In this document: positions 28,851 through 41,380 of the stretch, piece after piece | Position numbering within the stretch: position 1 is the stretch's first letter | Layout of the letters: every line of letters starts with the position of its first letter | Origin: Eledone cirrhosa | Taxonomy: Eukaryota | DNA: 64,000 nucleotides | Direction: 5' to 3' | Assembly: GCA_964016885.1 (NCBI GenBank) | Contig: OZ024746.1 | Location: 87,916,001-87,980,000 of the forward strand | Position numbers and translations under genes: made by a program | The notes under the pieces: generated by a model | What the model was told of the DNA's origin: nothing | The model's database searches: none | Seen by the model: only the letters and a program-made list of their open reading frames with translations

Positions 28851-29724
28851 CATATTTTTTTAATTTCCAGGAGAACATTTAGATTTACTGTTTCGAATAA
28901 TATTTCTTCTTACTTTTTTCATTTTGTGGTTTCAGATATTAAAATGCAGCCAGGCAGTGACACCGCCTAGCCATGGCTGCGCCTATCGTTATCATTTCTA
29001 TACACATACACATGTGTGGAGAAGGAAAAAGGGAGAAATGTTTTGAGGAGATGTGTGATAATATCTACACGAGGAAGATAAAAGAGAAAGAGGGAAAACT
29101 ATAATGAAGGGGCGATAGATTGAGAACACCTTTATTTGAGTATTGATTAAAGGGGGAAGTAGTAAATTTATGAGGCAAGACAAAATAGAAGGCCATTTAC
29201 TTAGAAGATATTATCGACGTAGTAAATTAACATATATATAAAAACATTTGATATGCCGAAAACTGCAGATAGTGGTGTTGATGGTGGTGGTGGAAATCGA
29301 ATACTGCAGTTATTGTACTTAAATTTAACCACATTTTTTTTTATCGTATATTTTAAATGTCATTTTTTAAAACTCATGCATCTTAATAACATTAACTATC
29401 ATTTGCCATACTGAATATTTTACAAACAAGTAGGTTTTCAGTGAGATTAACTAATTCAAGGACAATAAATAAAGCACAGTGTGAAATATTTAATAAGATA
29501 GGGATTTACAATGTTTATTCATGCAGAATTTATGGGGAATTCTCTCGGGTAGGAAATTAACTGAAGTTTTTGTTAGAGTAGTTTATATGAATAAGCAACT
29601 GAAACCAATAGGAAAAAACTATCACTAGAAGCATTATATATAATGGATTATCAAATTAATGCTATGAAATAAAATAATGATAATTAATGGTTTAATAATT
29701 CAAATGATACGATCATGAAATAAT

Positions 29725-29945
29725 GGTTTCTTATATAGGCACAAGGCCAGTAATTTTTTTTTAAGTTTTTTTTTTTGGGGGGGGGGGGAGTTGATTAAAT
29801 CTACCCCAGTGCGTGACTGGTACTTTATTTTATCGACTCCGTTAGGTTGAAAGGCAAAGTTAACCTCGGTGGGATTTGAACTCAGATCATAAAGGGCCGT
29901 AACTCTATGTTGCAAAGCTCTACCGATACTGCCACTCCACCACCC
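29725..29945 (-). mobile_element. SINE family S1, long subtype
   Basis: Full S1 match. About 15 bp TSD ACGATCATGAAATAA (29709) / ACGATAATGAAATAA (29948). Confidence 0.9.
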
Positions 29946-30244
29946 AAACGATAATGAAATAAAAAATGTTCTTCAAGGTAATTATTGTGTTTTATATGCC
30001 AACGCCCGTGGTTTTACCGTGAGGCCTTCGGGTAAAGTGCATTAGGCTTAGAAATCATGCAAACTATTATATACGCCATTTGCAGTCGAGTTTAACTTCG
30101 TAGTATGTACTCGGTTTTGGTTGGGAACACATACATTCAGAAGAAGGCATGGGCACCATCTAGTCCATTCCTTTATTGTTCATATGGAACATCCAGGATG
30201 TAACCACCAGAAGTAAGAGAATTGACACATTTTGATAGACCGTG

Positions 30245-30350
30245 GGCTGATACTTCTTTGATAGACTGTGAAAGGATCAAAGGCAATGTGTAAATCGGTG
30301 GGATTTGAACTCAGATCGCAAAGAACTGGACAACATAGCCAAAGCTCTAA
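30245..30350 (-). mobile_element. Degraded SINE S1 fragment
   Basis: AAGGATCAAAGGCAA..CGGTGGGATTTGAACTCAGATC matches the S1 core. Confidence 0.7.
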
Positions 30351-32203
30351 TGCATTATAGAAATCCATCGTCTAGAAATCATGAGCAGTTCACTATTTGT
30401 GTTTTCTCCATTCACAAAAGCAGACATAATTTATTTCAATATATTTTCATTTCAAGCTCTTGTGAAGTTGTTTCTAATTCATATTTGGTCTTACATAAAA
30501 CTCATGAGCTTATTGGAATTAGTATTTGAGAAATGTCAGCATAGATCTTTACCTCAAGTTCATATCACCAAAAAGGTGACTGGTAGAATACTACATGTTA
30601 TTCATTTCGGTACTAGATTTTGCAGAGAAGACGCTAGATATGACAAAACATCGAAGCAAACATTATTTGCGTTATGTTCTAGTTTCACACAGGACCTCAC
30701 CCCCAACTCTCGTCCAGAAAACTTACACTCAAGGACGTGTCGATAGGAACTGAAGGTGTACATTTTTCATTATGCATTGTCGGGTAAATTCTACAGATGT
30801 TTTGCGCCATCATGCATTGCAAACTAATATTACCTGCATCATAATGCATTAGACTATTTTCAATATATACAGCGTTCTTTTCTCATTTACTATATATGGA
30901 TATTGTTACTACACATACACACACACATACACACACACACACACATACACACAGACACGTATATATAGATATACATGTACATATATATATATATGGATAC
31001 ACACACACATATATATATATGTATATGTATATGTGTATGTATATATATATACACATACATATATACATATGTAGGTGTGATTGTAAGTATATATGTATAT
31101 ATGTATGTATAAGTGTGTGTGCCTGGCTGGTTGGGATTTTATTATGTGATGTTGTGTATGCATGTCATCACATGAATATTTACGCATATAGCGGTTTATC
31201 ATATTGACAGTGTGTCTAAACATACATAATCTCCTCACGTACATTTGTATAACCCTCATCATTTTGCTTTATTCAAATAATAGTTACAATTATTACATAT
31301 ATCAGTGAAACTATGGATGTTTTCCAAAACCTAATTGCCCAATAGTACGACCGCTTTTCAATTTGACCAATAGTCATTACTTTTTCTTGTATATTTGCCA
31401 AAATTCTGGAGGCTACAATACAATATAAATAAATGTAGCTTTATTAAAAATATATGTTGAATTACATTGTGTATTATAGTTGGAAAGTTTATCGGTCATT
31501 TTAGTTATTGTTTTGTTTCATTTCCTTTTATCCTACTTAGATTTTATAGAATTGGAAAGTTGTGAAGATAAGTTACATATTTATTGCCATTTAATGTTCC
31601 ATTTCAATTGCTTGAGGTTAAATTTGAATTTGTTGAACTCTATAAAAAGTGTAAAGCAATCCAAAACTCACAGATAAAAACAAATAGTGTTAAGGATGAA
31701 AGTTTGTCTGAATGTAATGTATTATATTTATGATGATAAATGTGTCCGTGTTGGAATGGTGTTTATTGCTTTGTTTGGGATGTATCTGTCTCACAATCAC
31801 TGAGTAATTTATAGTTTATTTCATCTCTATTTGCATGTTTTGTATTTATGGTCATATAGAAACTTGTAATACTGTGTTTGTAACATAATCTACCAGAATA
31901 ACCATCTTTATGCGCACCAAATGCCTGACCGCCTCTGCACATTTTTCCCTGCAACTACGCTGTGGAATATTCAGTATCGTTATTTTATACTAATTATGTG
32001 GCGAATTAATAAATATAACTGATGACGGATAGAAATCCAGAAACAGCTACCTGGCATTCTTACGGTTACTGAGGAAGTTGTAAGTTGATCAGGGCTTTAA
32101 AAACATCGTAGACGGATTCTCGTATGTACATTATACATGCACATATCATATATAATTTCATTTACACCTCCTATGAGAAAACGCGTAATATATGTGAAAC
32201 CTC

Positions 32204-32264
<61 letters not shown>

Positions 32265-32470
32265 GGTGTGGGATGCTTTGCTTAAAGCGTCCGTAAGCGG
32301 TAGGCCGTTTGAGCACTCGATGCTATTACAGAGCAGAGTATTGTATCACATAAGAAACGGAGAATCAGTGGTGCGACGAATAACATTTATTAGACATATT
32401 ACAATCGTTTCTCTGGCGATCCGCTCGAGGGACGATCAATGCAATGATCGAACCTGACTCTCAAATCGTA

Positions 32471-32540
<70 letters not shown>

Positions 32541-32971
32541 TAGATAGATAGATATTTAGTTATGTAATAAACAACATAAGATAATTATTTCATTTACCAG
32601 TGCTTTCTAGAAGACATATGTTGCATCTGTCTTCAGTCGTCAGAAGGAATAAAAAACATGGTCTTTTTATAAAGTATGGATTTGAAAATAAAATTTAGGA
32701 AATATGAAAATGAGGCTGAAAAAAACCGGCGAAAAGGGAATAGGGGAACAAAAAAATAATAATAATATATAAATATATATATGAATAAAAAAAAAAATAT
32801 CCAGAACGTTAACATACACACACTAAACTACGCGGCGGATATACTAGAAAGTATATACAAAGAAATATGGGCAGGAACATAAATACATACACATACATTC
32901 ACACTGATATATAGACTCAAATTTGGGAACGTGAAAGCAAGCAGAAATAACTAAATAAAAAAATAACTAAG

Positions 32972-33057
<86 letters not shown>

Positions 33058-33080
33058 TTATATATATATATATATATATA

Positions 33081-33264
33081 TCAGAGCAAACATCATGGAC
33101 GCTGTATCTCAAAATTATTTTTGAAAAGCATTAGAAATGCGCAAACGGTAAAACTTAAAACCAAATCTTAATACTAACCAATACTATTACTAATTATCAC
33201 TTATTCCTAATTAAACTATTTTTCACTGTGAACAATTTGTCAACATTTTCTATTCCGCTAACCA
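33081..33264 (+). mobile_element. Family B element, second copy, in (TA)n
   Basis: End-to-end homologous to 10183-10378. Confidence 0.8.
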
Positions 33265-33273
33265 ATATATATA

Positions 33274-33364
<91 letters not shown>

Positions 33365-33399
33365 GGAAAGTTATATTTAAATTGTTGGGTTACAACTAG

Positions 33400-34560
33400 T
33401 AAATATTTATAACTGTACTATATACTATACTACGAGCTGTCTCACCTATGTACAATATATTATTATCTCTACATTGTCCTTCAGTACATATTATGCTATA
33501 TACTACGTTTCTAGTTTTACAGTTAATGTGGGGGGCTTAGTTTACAGATTATACATGTCATAGCTACACAGGGAGGTCTTTGAAAATGGTATGTATTGCT
33601 AATAAGTGTTTTTATTGAGGTACCTGTTCTTTCTATTATCTTAATGTTGAGTTTATCTTTATCTAGGGCCCTTCTAAATTTGTAAGCTAATTAACCGCTA
33701 GGGGTTGTATCGATGAACATTACACTCTGGTATGTATTGCTATCATACCAGGAATTTATTCTATTAACCTTTTTTATAGTTCTTTCTATTATATTCCAAA
33801 ATTTGCTCCTATACAAGGGGCAGGTCCCATTTGTATCATTATTTACCATTTTTTCCCATTTGTTTCTGGCTCCTCTATATACTCTGATGTTATCTCTCTG
33901 ATTGTAACCAGAGAACTGCATATGGTGGATGAAGTGTTGTATGTGTCTCTCTAGTTCTTTGGGGTTGCACATGCGGGACACGTTTCTCATCACCCGTACC
34001 AGATGCGCAATGAGTATAGTGATTTTGGTATGGTCCAAAACAGCTGAGTTTCGGTGGAACAGATATTTGGAAGTCATGGGTTTGGCATAATGCGAATGGA
34101 GGATTTGTTTTTTGTTATTAATGGTATATAACCAGAGCTCTCTGTCTAGTACAGGGAATCGATGGTTGGGGTTTTTGCTTTGGTAGTCTTTAGTAACTCT
34201 AATACTCTGGTGGATGGAGTTAGCTATTTGCTGGATGCTTTCCATGGTGTTTTTCTCTCATATCTGACTGTTCTCTAGTGGGGGTGTTTTTACTACGATG
34301 TTTATATCATCAACGTAGCGGGAGTACATTATCAGGGTTAAGAGGTTGCTGTTGTTCTTTAAGTTTAAGTTTAAGTCTATTGTCTCACCATACCATGAAT
34401 AGGTTAGCTATGTCACCTGAAATGCTAACACCAATGGCTGCTCACTCCTCTTGGGCATATGTTTTTCCATTAAATTTAAACATATTTTCCTTAAGTGTTA
34501 ATTTTATACTCGCCCCCACCGCATGTGCAATCATTGTTTTTAGTACATCCTGGTTTTCGG
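33400..34560 (-). mobile_element. Penelope-like element, RT plus GIY-YIG pseudogene
   Basis: Minus strand reads FNGKTYAQEE*AAIGVSISGDIANL, YSRYVDDINIV and HYAKP, then C..TCIIC..NCKTRNVVYSIIC..LYIGETARS. Confidence 0.9.
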
Positions 34561-34565
34561 GGGTC

Positions 34566-34990
34566 CGTAAAGGTAAATTAGAGAACATAGAAATACAAAT
34601 AGAATCTACACACAGAAAAGACGCAATGTTTAGACCAATCACAGAGGCAATAAACATAAATGACCTCCAACCAAAATTAAATAGAAAACATGAATGGAAC
34701 AGCAACATCGTAACTTACAATTAAGGACAAAATGAAAACACACACACACATAGAACAAACATCCAACCAGTAACATGTAAATAAACAAATAAATAAACAA
34801 ATATAAACACACACAGACACCCGGATGAAATACATGCGCAAACTAAGCACACAACACACACAAAAAACAAGATGGCGTAGGACAGAAAAAAGGAGAGGCA
34901 GAAAAACAAAGAAAAGAATCCCCAGTCACTGAAGAGATCACAGAATGTGTGACGAAAGAACTTTGACAATATATGAACAATCGTCTGGTT
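34566..34990 (+). mobile_element. Inverted Penelope 3' end (GIY-YIG C-terminus plus pLTR-like tail)
   Basis: HRKDAMFRPITEAININDLQPKLNRKHEW matches the Penelope endonuclease C-terminus. It abuts the minus-strand RT and is followed by a hammerhead. Confidence 0.75.
34925..34967 (+). ncRNA. Minimal hammerhead ribozyme in Penelope tail
   Basis: GTCA-CTGAAGA-GA-TCACA-GAATG-TGTGA-C-GAAAG-AA-CTT-TGAC. Stem I GTCA/TGAC, stem II TCACA/TGTGA, 2 bp stem III. Confidence 0.65.
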
Positions 34991-35317
34991 GTGGAACCAA
35001 CCAACCGGAAATTTATAAATTCATAAATTTATGAATTTAATTTATAATAAATTGAAGTGAAAGCTTCTGGTGCGTGTGTTTCTTATTGGCAACATGACCC
35101 TCCCAAAGTATAATAATATATATATATATATATGAACAATACGTGAGCTGACGGCCGATCTCCTGCCGTTTCAACAGCTAGATCCAACCTAGTTTAAACC
35201 GCAGGTGCTCAGCCGTCGGGGTCCCGAATTGTTCATATTACCCGCTCTACTACCCCAGGTATCATATTCTCTGGTGAGTAATGATCTCACTGCTTTCTAC
35301 CGACTCCATTCTGATAC

Positions 35318-35380
<63 letters not shown>

Positions 35381-36321
35381 CGTGTGTTAGCGCGTGTGTG
35401 TGTGTATGTATGTATTATGTGTATGTGCGTGTGTGTGTGTCTATGTGTATGTGATAGTGTGTAAGTATTTAATATTTTACTCAAGAGCAATAAGACATAC
35501 TACATAGCCATAATGAATAAATATATACATATTTAGGAGGAGCGTGTCTGTGTGTGTATGTTCGTGTGTCTGTGTGTTTGTGTGTGTGTGTGTAAATGTA
35601 CGTGTGTTGTGTTTGTGTGTATATGTGTCTGTGTATTTGTGCGTGCGAATCCATATATGTGTGTGTGCGCATGTGCATGAATATATCATTTTCCAAAGCA
35701 TTCTGTTCGCAACTGCGATTTATATGTATAGTATGATCATTAATTCACAGTATGTATCAGCCATTTCACATTTGAGAGTAGAATTTTATTCACCGATAAA
35801 AAAGTCCCTCCACTTTGACACACTTCTCGCTATATTGGCGGATATTCAAAATAATTTTTACAGCAATATTATTCCCTTTATTAATAGGAAATCTTCCATA
35901 TCTATAATGGTGCAATATTGAGCCAATTCTGTTTTATTGATAACAGCAATAATTCAGTGTATTGTTGTAGAGACTACAGACGCAGGAAATTCTAGGCAAG
36001 TCGATGACTGGGGTTTAATTTCTGTTATGCAATTAATTCTTTTTTTGAAAATATGGACTTCAGAACTTAATTAATTTTGTCAGAATAATATCAACATCTC
36101 ATTATGTTGATTTAAAGCTATTCAATTATATGGAGACCGTAGAGAACAGTGTGGTTGCCGATAATTTTATATAGCTTATGCGTATATATTCTCTGAATGG
36201 ATTCACCTGGACGCTATATGCACATACGATCTGAGGAATAAAACTGAGAGTACTGGGGGCTTATGATATATAACTCAATATATAATCTTGATGGAAATAG
36301 GGTAGCCTCCGTTTCACAATA

Positions 36322-36525
36322 TACAGTTGTCCCCGGGTATTCGCGGGGGTTACATTACAAGAATAGTGGAAAACTATGAATACTGGACATATTTCATAAA
36401 ATGTCACTTAACTTCAACATATACCGTAAATTATTAAAAAAAAATAGAGAGATCGTCTTATGCAAAGTAGCGTCCAATAGGCCGGCAAATACGATATATT
36501 ACTGGTGGTAATTTAGCGTTAAAAA

Positions 36526-36591
<66 letters not shown>

Positions 36592-36745
36592 CCACGAAAA
36601 ATGCCGTAAAAATCACGGAAGATAATTACGATTCCGTGAATATGCGGTGGGTTCTACGAACAACTGTTATTTCGGTTCTAAGTAAAATTCACCGAATAAC
36701 CGGGACCACGAATGTCGGAACCGTGAATACTGTGGTTACACTCTA
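36322..36745. mobile_element. Tigger/pogo-type MITE interrupted by (TA)n
   Basis: TA-CAGTTGTCCCCGGGTATTCGCGG left end, CCGTGAATACTGTGGTTACACTC-TA right end, and internal CC(G/A)(T/C)GAAT subterminal repeats. Confidence 0.65.
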
Positions 36746-36990
36746 TTTAATATTCTTACTTTCTAATTTTATTGCACCTCTGATTAAGGATATCATTAAA
36801 AACGTACCGTGTTCAGTATATTTTCTCTGGAAAATTAGCATAATGTTTACCTATTATCTCAGTGTTTTACGATTGTTTCGGAGGATTGATCCTATAGACA
36901 TATTCACTGATTTATAGCAGTTATATAACTGTATACTAACGGACATCATATATAGCTTCGACCAAAATATCATTATATATATATACATAC

Positions 36991-37115
<125 letters not shown>

Positions 37116-37117
37116 AC

Positions 37118-37149
<32 letters not shown>

Positions 37150-37154
<5 letters not shown>

Positions 37155-37330
37155 TTACAATAATCAAAGTTCAGTTTAAATCATTTATTTGCTTACAATT
37201 GTTTCCTCCAAACCGAGGTTTGGATTTCTTCGGAGCAACTATTTAGTGATCTATAACATACTTGACCATACTTGGAAACAATTGTAAGCAAATATATGAT
37301 TTAAACTGAACTTTGATTATTGTAATCTCT
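37150..37330. mobile_element. Fold-back element with about 57 bp inverted ends and a hammerhead
   Basis: 37150-37206 is the reverse complement of 37274-37330. Each arm carries GGAAACAATTGTAAGCAAAT. Confidence 0.85.
37189..37238 (-). ncRNA. Minimal type I hammerhead ribozyme, variant core
   Basis: TTGCT-CCGAAGA-AA-TCCAAACC-TC-GGTTTGGA-G-GAAAC-AATT-GTA-AGCAA. 5 bp stem I, 8 bp stem II, palindromic ACAATTGT, GUA site, then AATAAA. The U4C change and unpaired stem II base suggest decay. Confidence 0.7.
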
Positions 37331-37614
37331 ATATAACTGCTCTGTAAAACAACCGATGTTATTACATTGAGCTATTTATCTTACTGGTAATAAGATAGTA
37401 ATTAATGACTATCTTTCACTATTTGGGGTTTGTATGAAAAAAATATAACCATAAAAGGTTTTATTACATACATAACCATAAATAGTATCCTTAATACGAT
37501 ATATATATATCTATATCTAGGGGGTGTAACTTGGAGTTACTGCAGGTTCAACCGGGTGAGCACTCGATGTATAGGTTCACTTCTGTGTTGAGGTGTTGAG
37601 CTATACAGAGTGTA

Positions 37615-37928
37615 ATATATTGAAATGATAACAAGGACGATTGTTTACTCCTTCATTACATTTATTGGTAGGTGACTCGCGTTTCGCCACTGATCAGCTC
37701 AAAGCTCGACCTCTATCGAACTTACCCGACTATATAATCGGCAGCTCGACGGGCCCTTTAAAATAAAATGCATTTTCTTATAGAATTTTAAAGGGTCCGT
37801 CGAGCAGCGGATTATAGAGTCGGGTAAGATCGATACAGATCGAACCTTGAGCTGATCAGTGGCGAAACGCGCGTCACCTACCAATAAATGTAATGAAGGA
37901 GTAACCAATCGTCCTTGTTATCCTTTCA

Positions 37929-37935
<7 letters not shown>
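37615..37935. mobile_element. About 320 bp palindromic fold-back element in TA context
   Basis: Arms of about 150 bp are mutually complementary. The right arm has GCGAAAC-GCGC-GTC-ACCTACC-AATAAA (hammerhead 3' half plus polyA signal). Confidence 0.85.
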
Positions 37936-37962
<27 letters not shown>

Positions 37963-38716
37963 ACGTAGTTGTGTAATAATTGGGGAGAATAACACAATGC
38001 GGGATACTGATTGAAACGAATTAGAAGAACAAAGATGTTCTAGTTTGCAAAAGAATAGGAATTATTCAAGACACCTACACATACACCATCGCATTTCTGT
38101 ATATTCTCCTCAGATATGGTTTGATATTAAGTAAATAGTGGCTGTGTACTTTAAATTTCTGAGCTATGCTGTTTGATTAAATTTATCTTATCTTACCTCT
38201 AAATCTGAGATCGAAGTCATTAGCTGGTTAAAATCATTTTTAATCAGCTATTTCGACTATGTATATATTTCAGTTTAGTTATAAAGACTATTTGAATATA
38301 TGCATCTTTTAATTTCGCAATACAATGGTTGCATCTGCCACGATATGTTGACCTATGTGGCATCCAAGAAATCTTTGTAATATATATCTTGCGTTCTAAG
38401 TGACAAATTGTAAACTTCATAACCTTTTAATCAACGTTCTTTAAGATAGGCTATTTTCTGTTTACATTCAATGCATCTCTGCATGTTATAGGCTGTCAGC
38501 TTGATGCAATGAAGTGCCACACATATCTAGTTGTTAATGTCAAGAATGAATCCACCGAGCATATACAAACAGCGGTTTTATCTCGGCTCTCATATTTTCC
38601 TTCGAGAGTGATTGCTCTTTGAAAAGAAAGGTTAAGACGTTCAACGTTGAATTATGAATCTACTGCGAATCTGTCGTAATCAGTAATCAGTTATTGTTGA
38701 TATTGACATATATATG

Positions 38717-38775
<59 letters not shown>

Positions 38776-41259
38776 AGAAGACTATATATATAAAAAGAAG
38801 AATATATATATATATATATATTCCTATAATGAGAAGTGTGAGATGAAAAGAGACAGGAGACGAAGGAAACTTTTCACTTTTCAATATCCTCAAGCAAGAG
38901 GAAGATAGGAAAATGAAATGCAGTATATTTTATGAAAGTTTGCAAAATGCACAGTGACGATTCTTATCACTGTTTTTTTCTTAAACTAAAAATAGAGATT
39001 GTTGATGTAGCATAATGGACTTGTTTCTTGTTTCTTGCCTTCTTTTGATTGATATCTGCACGCATAACCCTTAACATATATTTCTAATGATTTTCTTATA
39101 GATGTCTGCGTATTCCACTCAAAATATCTTAGCGTAACATTACTTTACTCAAAAATACGTTATTTAGAAATTTGCGTGAATAAAATTACTGTATTAAAGA
39201 AATATGTTATCTAGAGATTTGAATATCTAATGCGCTTAATATAGTCAATATAAACAGTTCGTACAGTAGTATCGTTGCACTAGTATATTCCTGGTGTAAG
39301 TGTCTGACAAAATATCATTTCCTTTACAGATAAACCAATATAAAATCGCACTTCAATTCTCAGTTATTGTCGTTTCATATGAAGTAGACGTTACACTCTT
39401 TTGATGATTGCGGGAAGCTAATGAACTTCAAAACATCCAATCGTTCATATAAATATATTGGAATATTTGCATGTCGGTATATCTACGTAACGCTGACATA
39501 GGGTCACACACAATCCATTTTCTCAAGGTTTGCAGTTGTTACAGTAAGGCCACCAATGAAGATTATTTTGTTTGTTGTTAAGAATTGTTCCGAGCAAATA
39601 TTATAAGGTATATCATAAGGTATACACCAATTTATAATTTGGCTGTTTTAACCCGTAACTGGCAATATCCAAGATAGCGAGAGATTGTTTCTCTAGTGTA
39701 CTCTTCGTATTACGTCCTCAGTTATCTGACTGAGAATCCAAATCTGTTCCAGTTATTCTGAAAAGCTTCGATAGAGATTATTATATATATATATTGAGAG
39801 TTACGTATGAGATCAACCTTCTGGCCATCGACTAATGGGTAAGTAGCTTTACTCCATTGACAAGGAAGGTAATAGGGTACTAAAATGTAAATGCATGGTG
39901 ATATCAGACATATAATATCGTATAATTGCAATACATTCCTATAAAATATTTTAAAATATTTTAAAATAATGATTCATTTCTTTGAATTTGTCCTGGTAAA
40001 ATTCGGCTTGCATCACAATATTTGAGAGGTTATCTTATTTCACTATACCGAAGATATTATGTTCAGTATTTATTGTGTTGTGTGTCTGGTCATTTGCACA
40101 ATACACCTCCCAATTCTTTCCATATATTATCTCTGTTTAATATAATATTAAATTAATTCCGTTCTCTTATATTAGATGATCTAGTATCTATTTAATTCTA
40201 ATTTTAACATTCACATTTATTTCATCCCTGCGTTCTTTTCTCTTTAACCATAATAACTTAATGTTCACATATATTCACATTTTACACTATCCACACACGC
40301 TTCATATCATATATTTGTACACCAATTATTTTCCTGTTTACTCAAAACTTGTGATACTTTCTCATAAACAACCATGCATACATACACAATTACATATATA
40401 AATCCATACATATATGCATACATACATACATACACATACATACTCATATTCATACATACGTAACAAGATGATGATATCTGCAAATCGATTGCAAGTAATG
40501 CCATCGCTTAATATTTAAGCATGAGCATCAATGATGAGGCTTTTTAGTCCTGCTAGGAAATTGCCTAGGGCAGTAACATCTCTCCACAAAAAAACATACA
40601 TACATACCTACATATATACTGGGATATGTTAGTAACTGCCTCCGTACACATATTGAGAAGCTGAGCTTCACAAAAGTAGAAAGAACCCAACTAGTTAGGA
40701 AATTACAAGTATAATCCATTATTGGAATTGCAAAAATATGTAAAATATTCCAAACATTTTGCATCTAATAGCTGCACATGTACAGACACAAAGCGTATGC
40801 ACTTGCACACATACAACTCTAGACATACGCATCCACACATACAATATCATATATACGTGCACACACAAGCATGCAGAAATGCATACATATCTACCTAGTT
40901 GAAGTGTAAATTCCAAAGAGTGAGTCTTGTAACTATGTTAGAAACCGACTATCTCTCTCTCAATTAGCAAATATTTGTGAAATTATAGAACTATAAGAAC
41001 ATACATACATATACAGACAGAAAGTATGTATACCTATATTGATTGAAAGAGTATAGAATCGAATGAACCTTCATCAGTTTCGTAAGTGAGATTTCAAATT
41101 TTACGACACGAAATATCAGAGACGCTCGTGAAAGGATCGGGCGAATGGTAGAGTCGGGTTCAGCCACGAGTACGGTTTAGGTGACTCTCAAATAAACATA
41201 CACTTGATAACGATACAACACAAAGTTGGCACGATGAATTACGGGTCCGTTCTACCTAG

Positions 41260-41380
41260 CGGGCTTCCGATATTTTCCGTCTACCTCAATTCACTCATCA
41301 GGCTTTGAACTACTTGATGCATTGTCAAATGAAACATGCCAAATATGCAAAGCAGCAGTATCGAACAGAAGATCTAATAA
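41260..41380 (-). mobile_element. Possible degraded SINE (CORE-like)
   Basis: TTCCGTCTACC..AATTCACTCA..AGGCTTTG..GAAACATGCCAA..GTATCGAAC resembles the antisense of a cephalopod CORE-type SINE, recalled from memory only. Confidence 0.35.
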
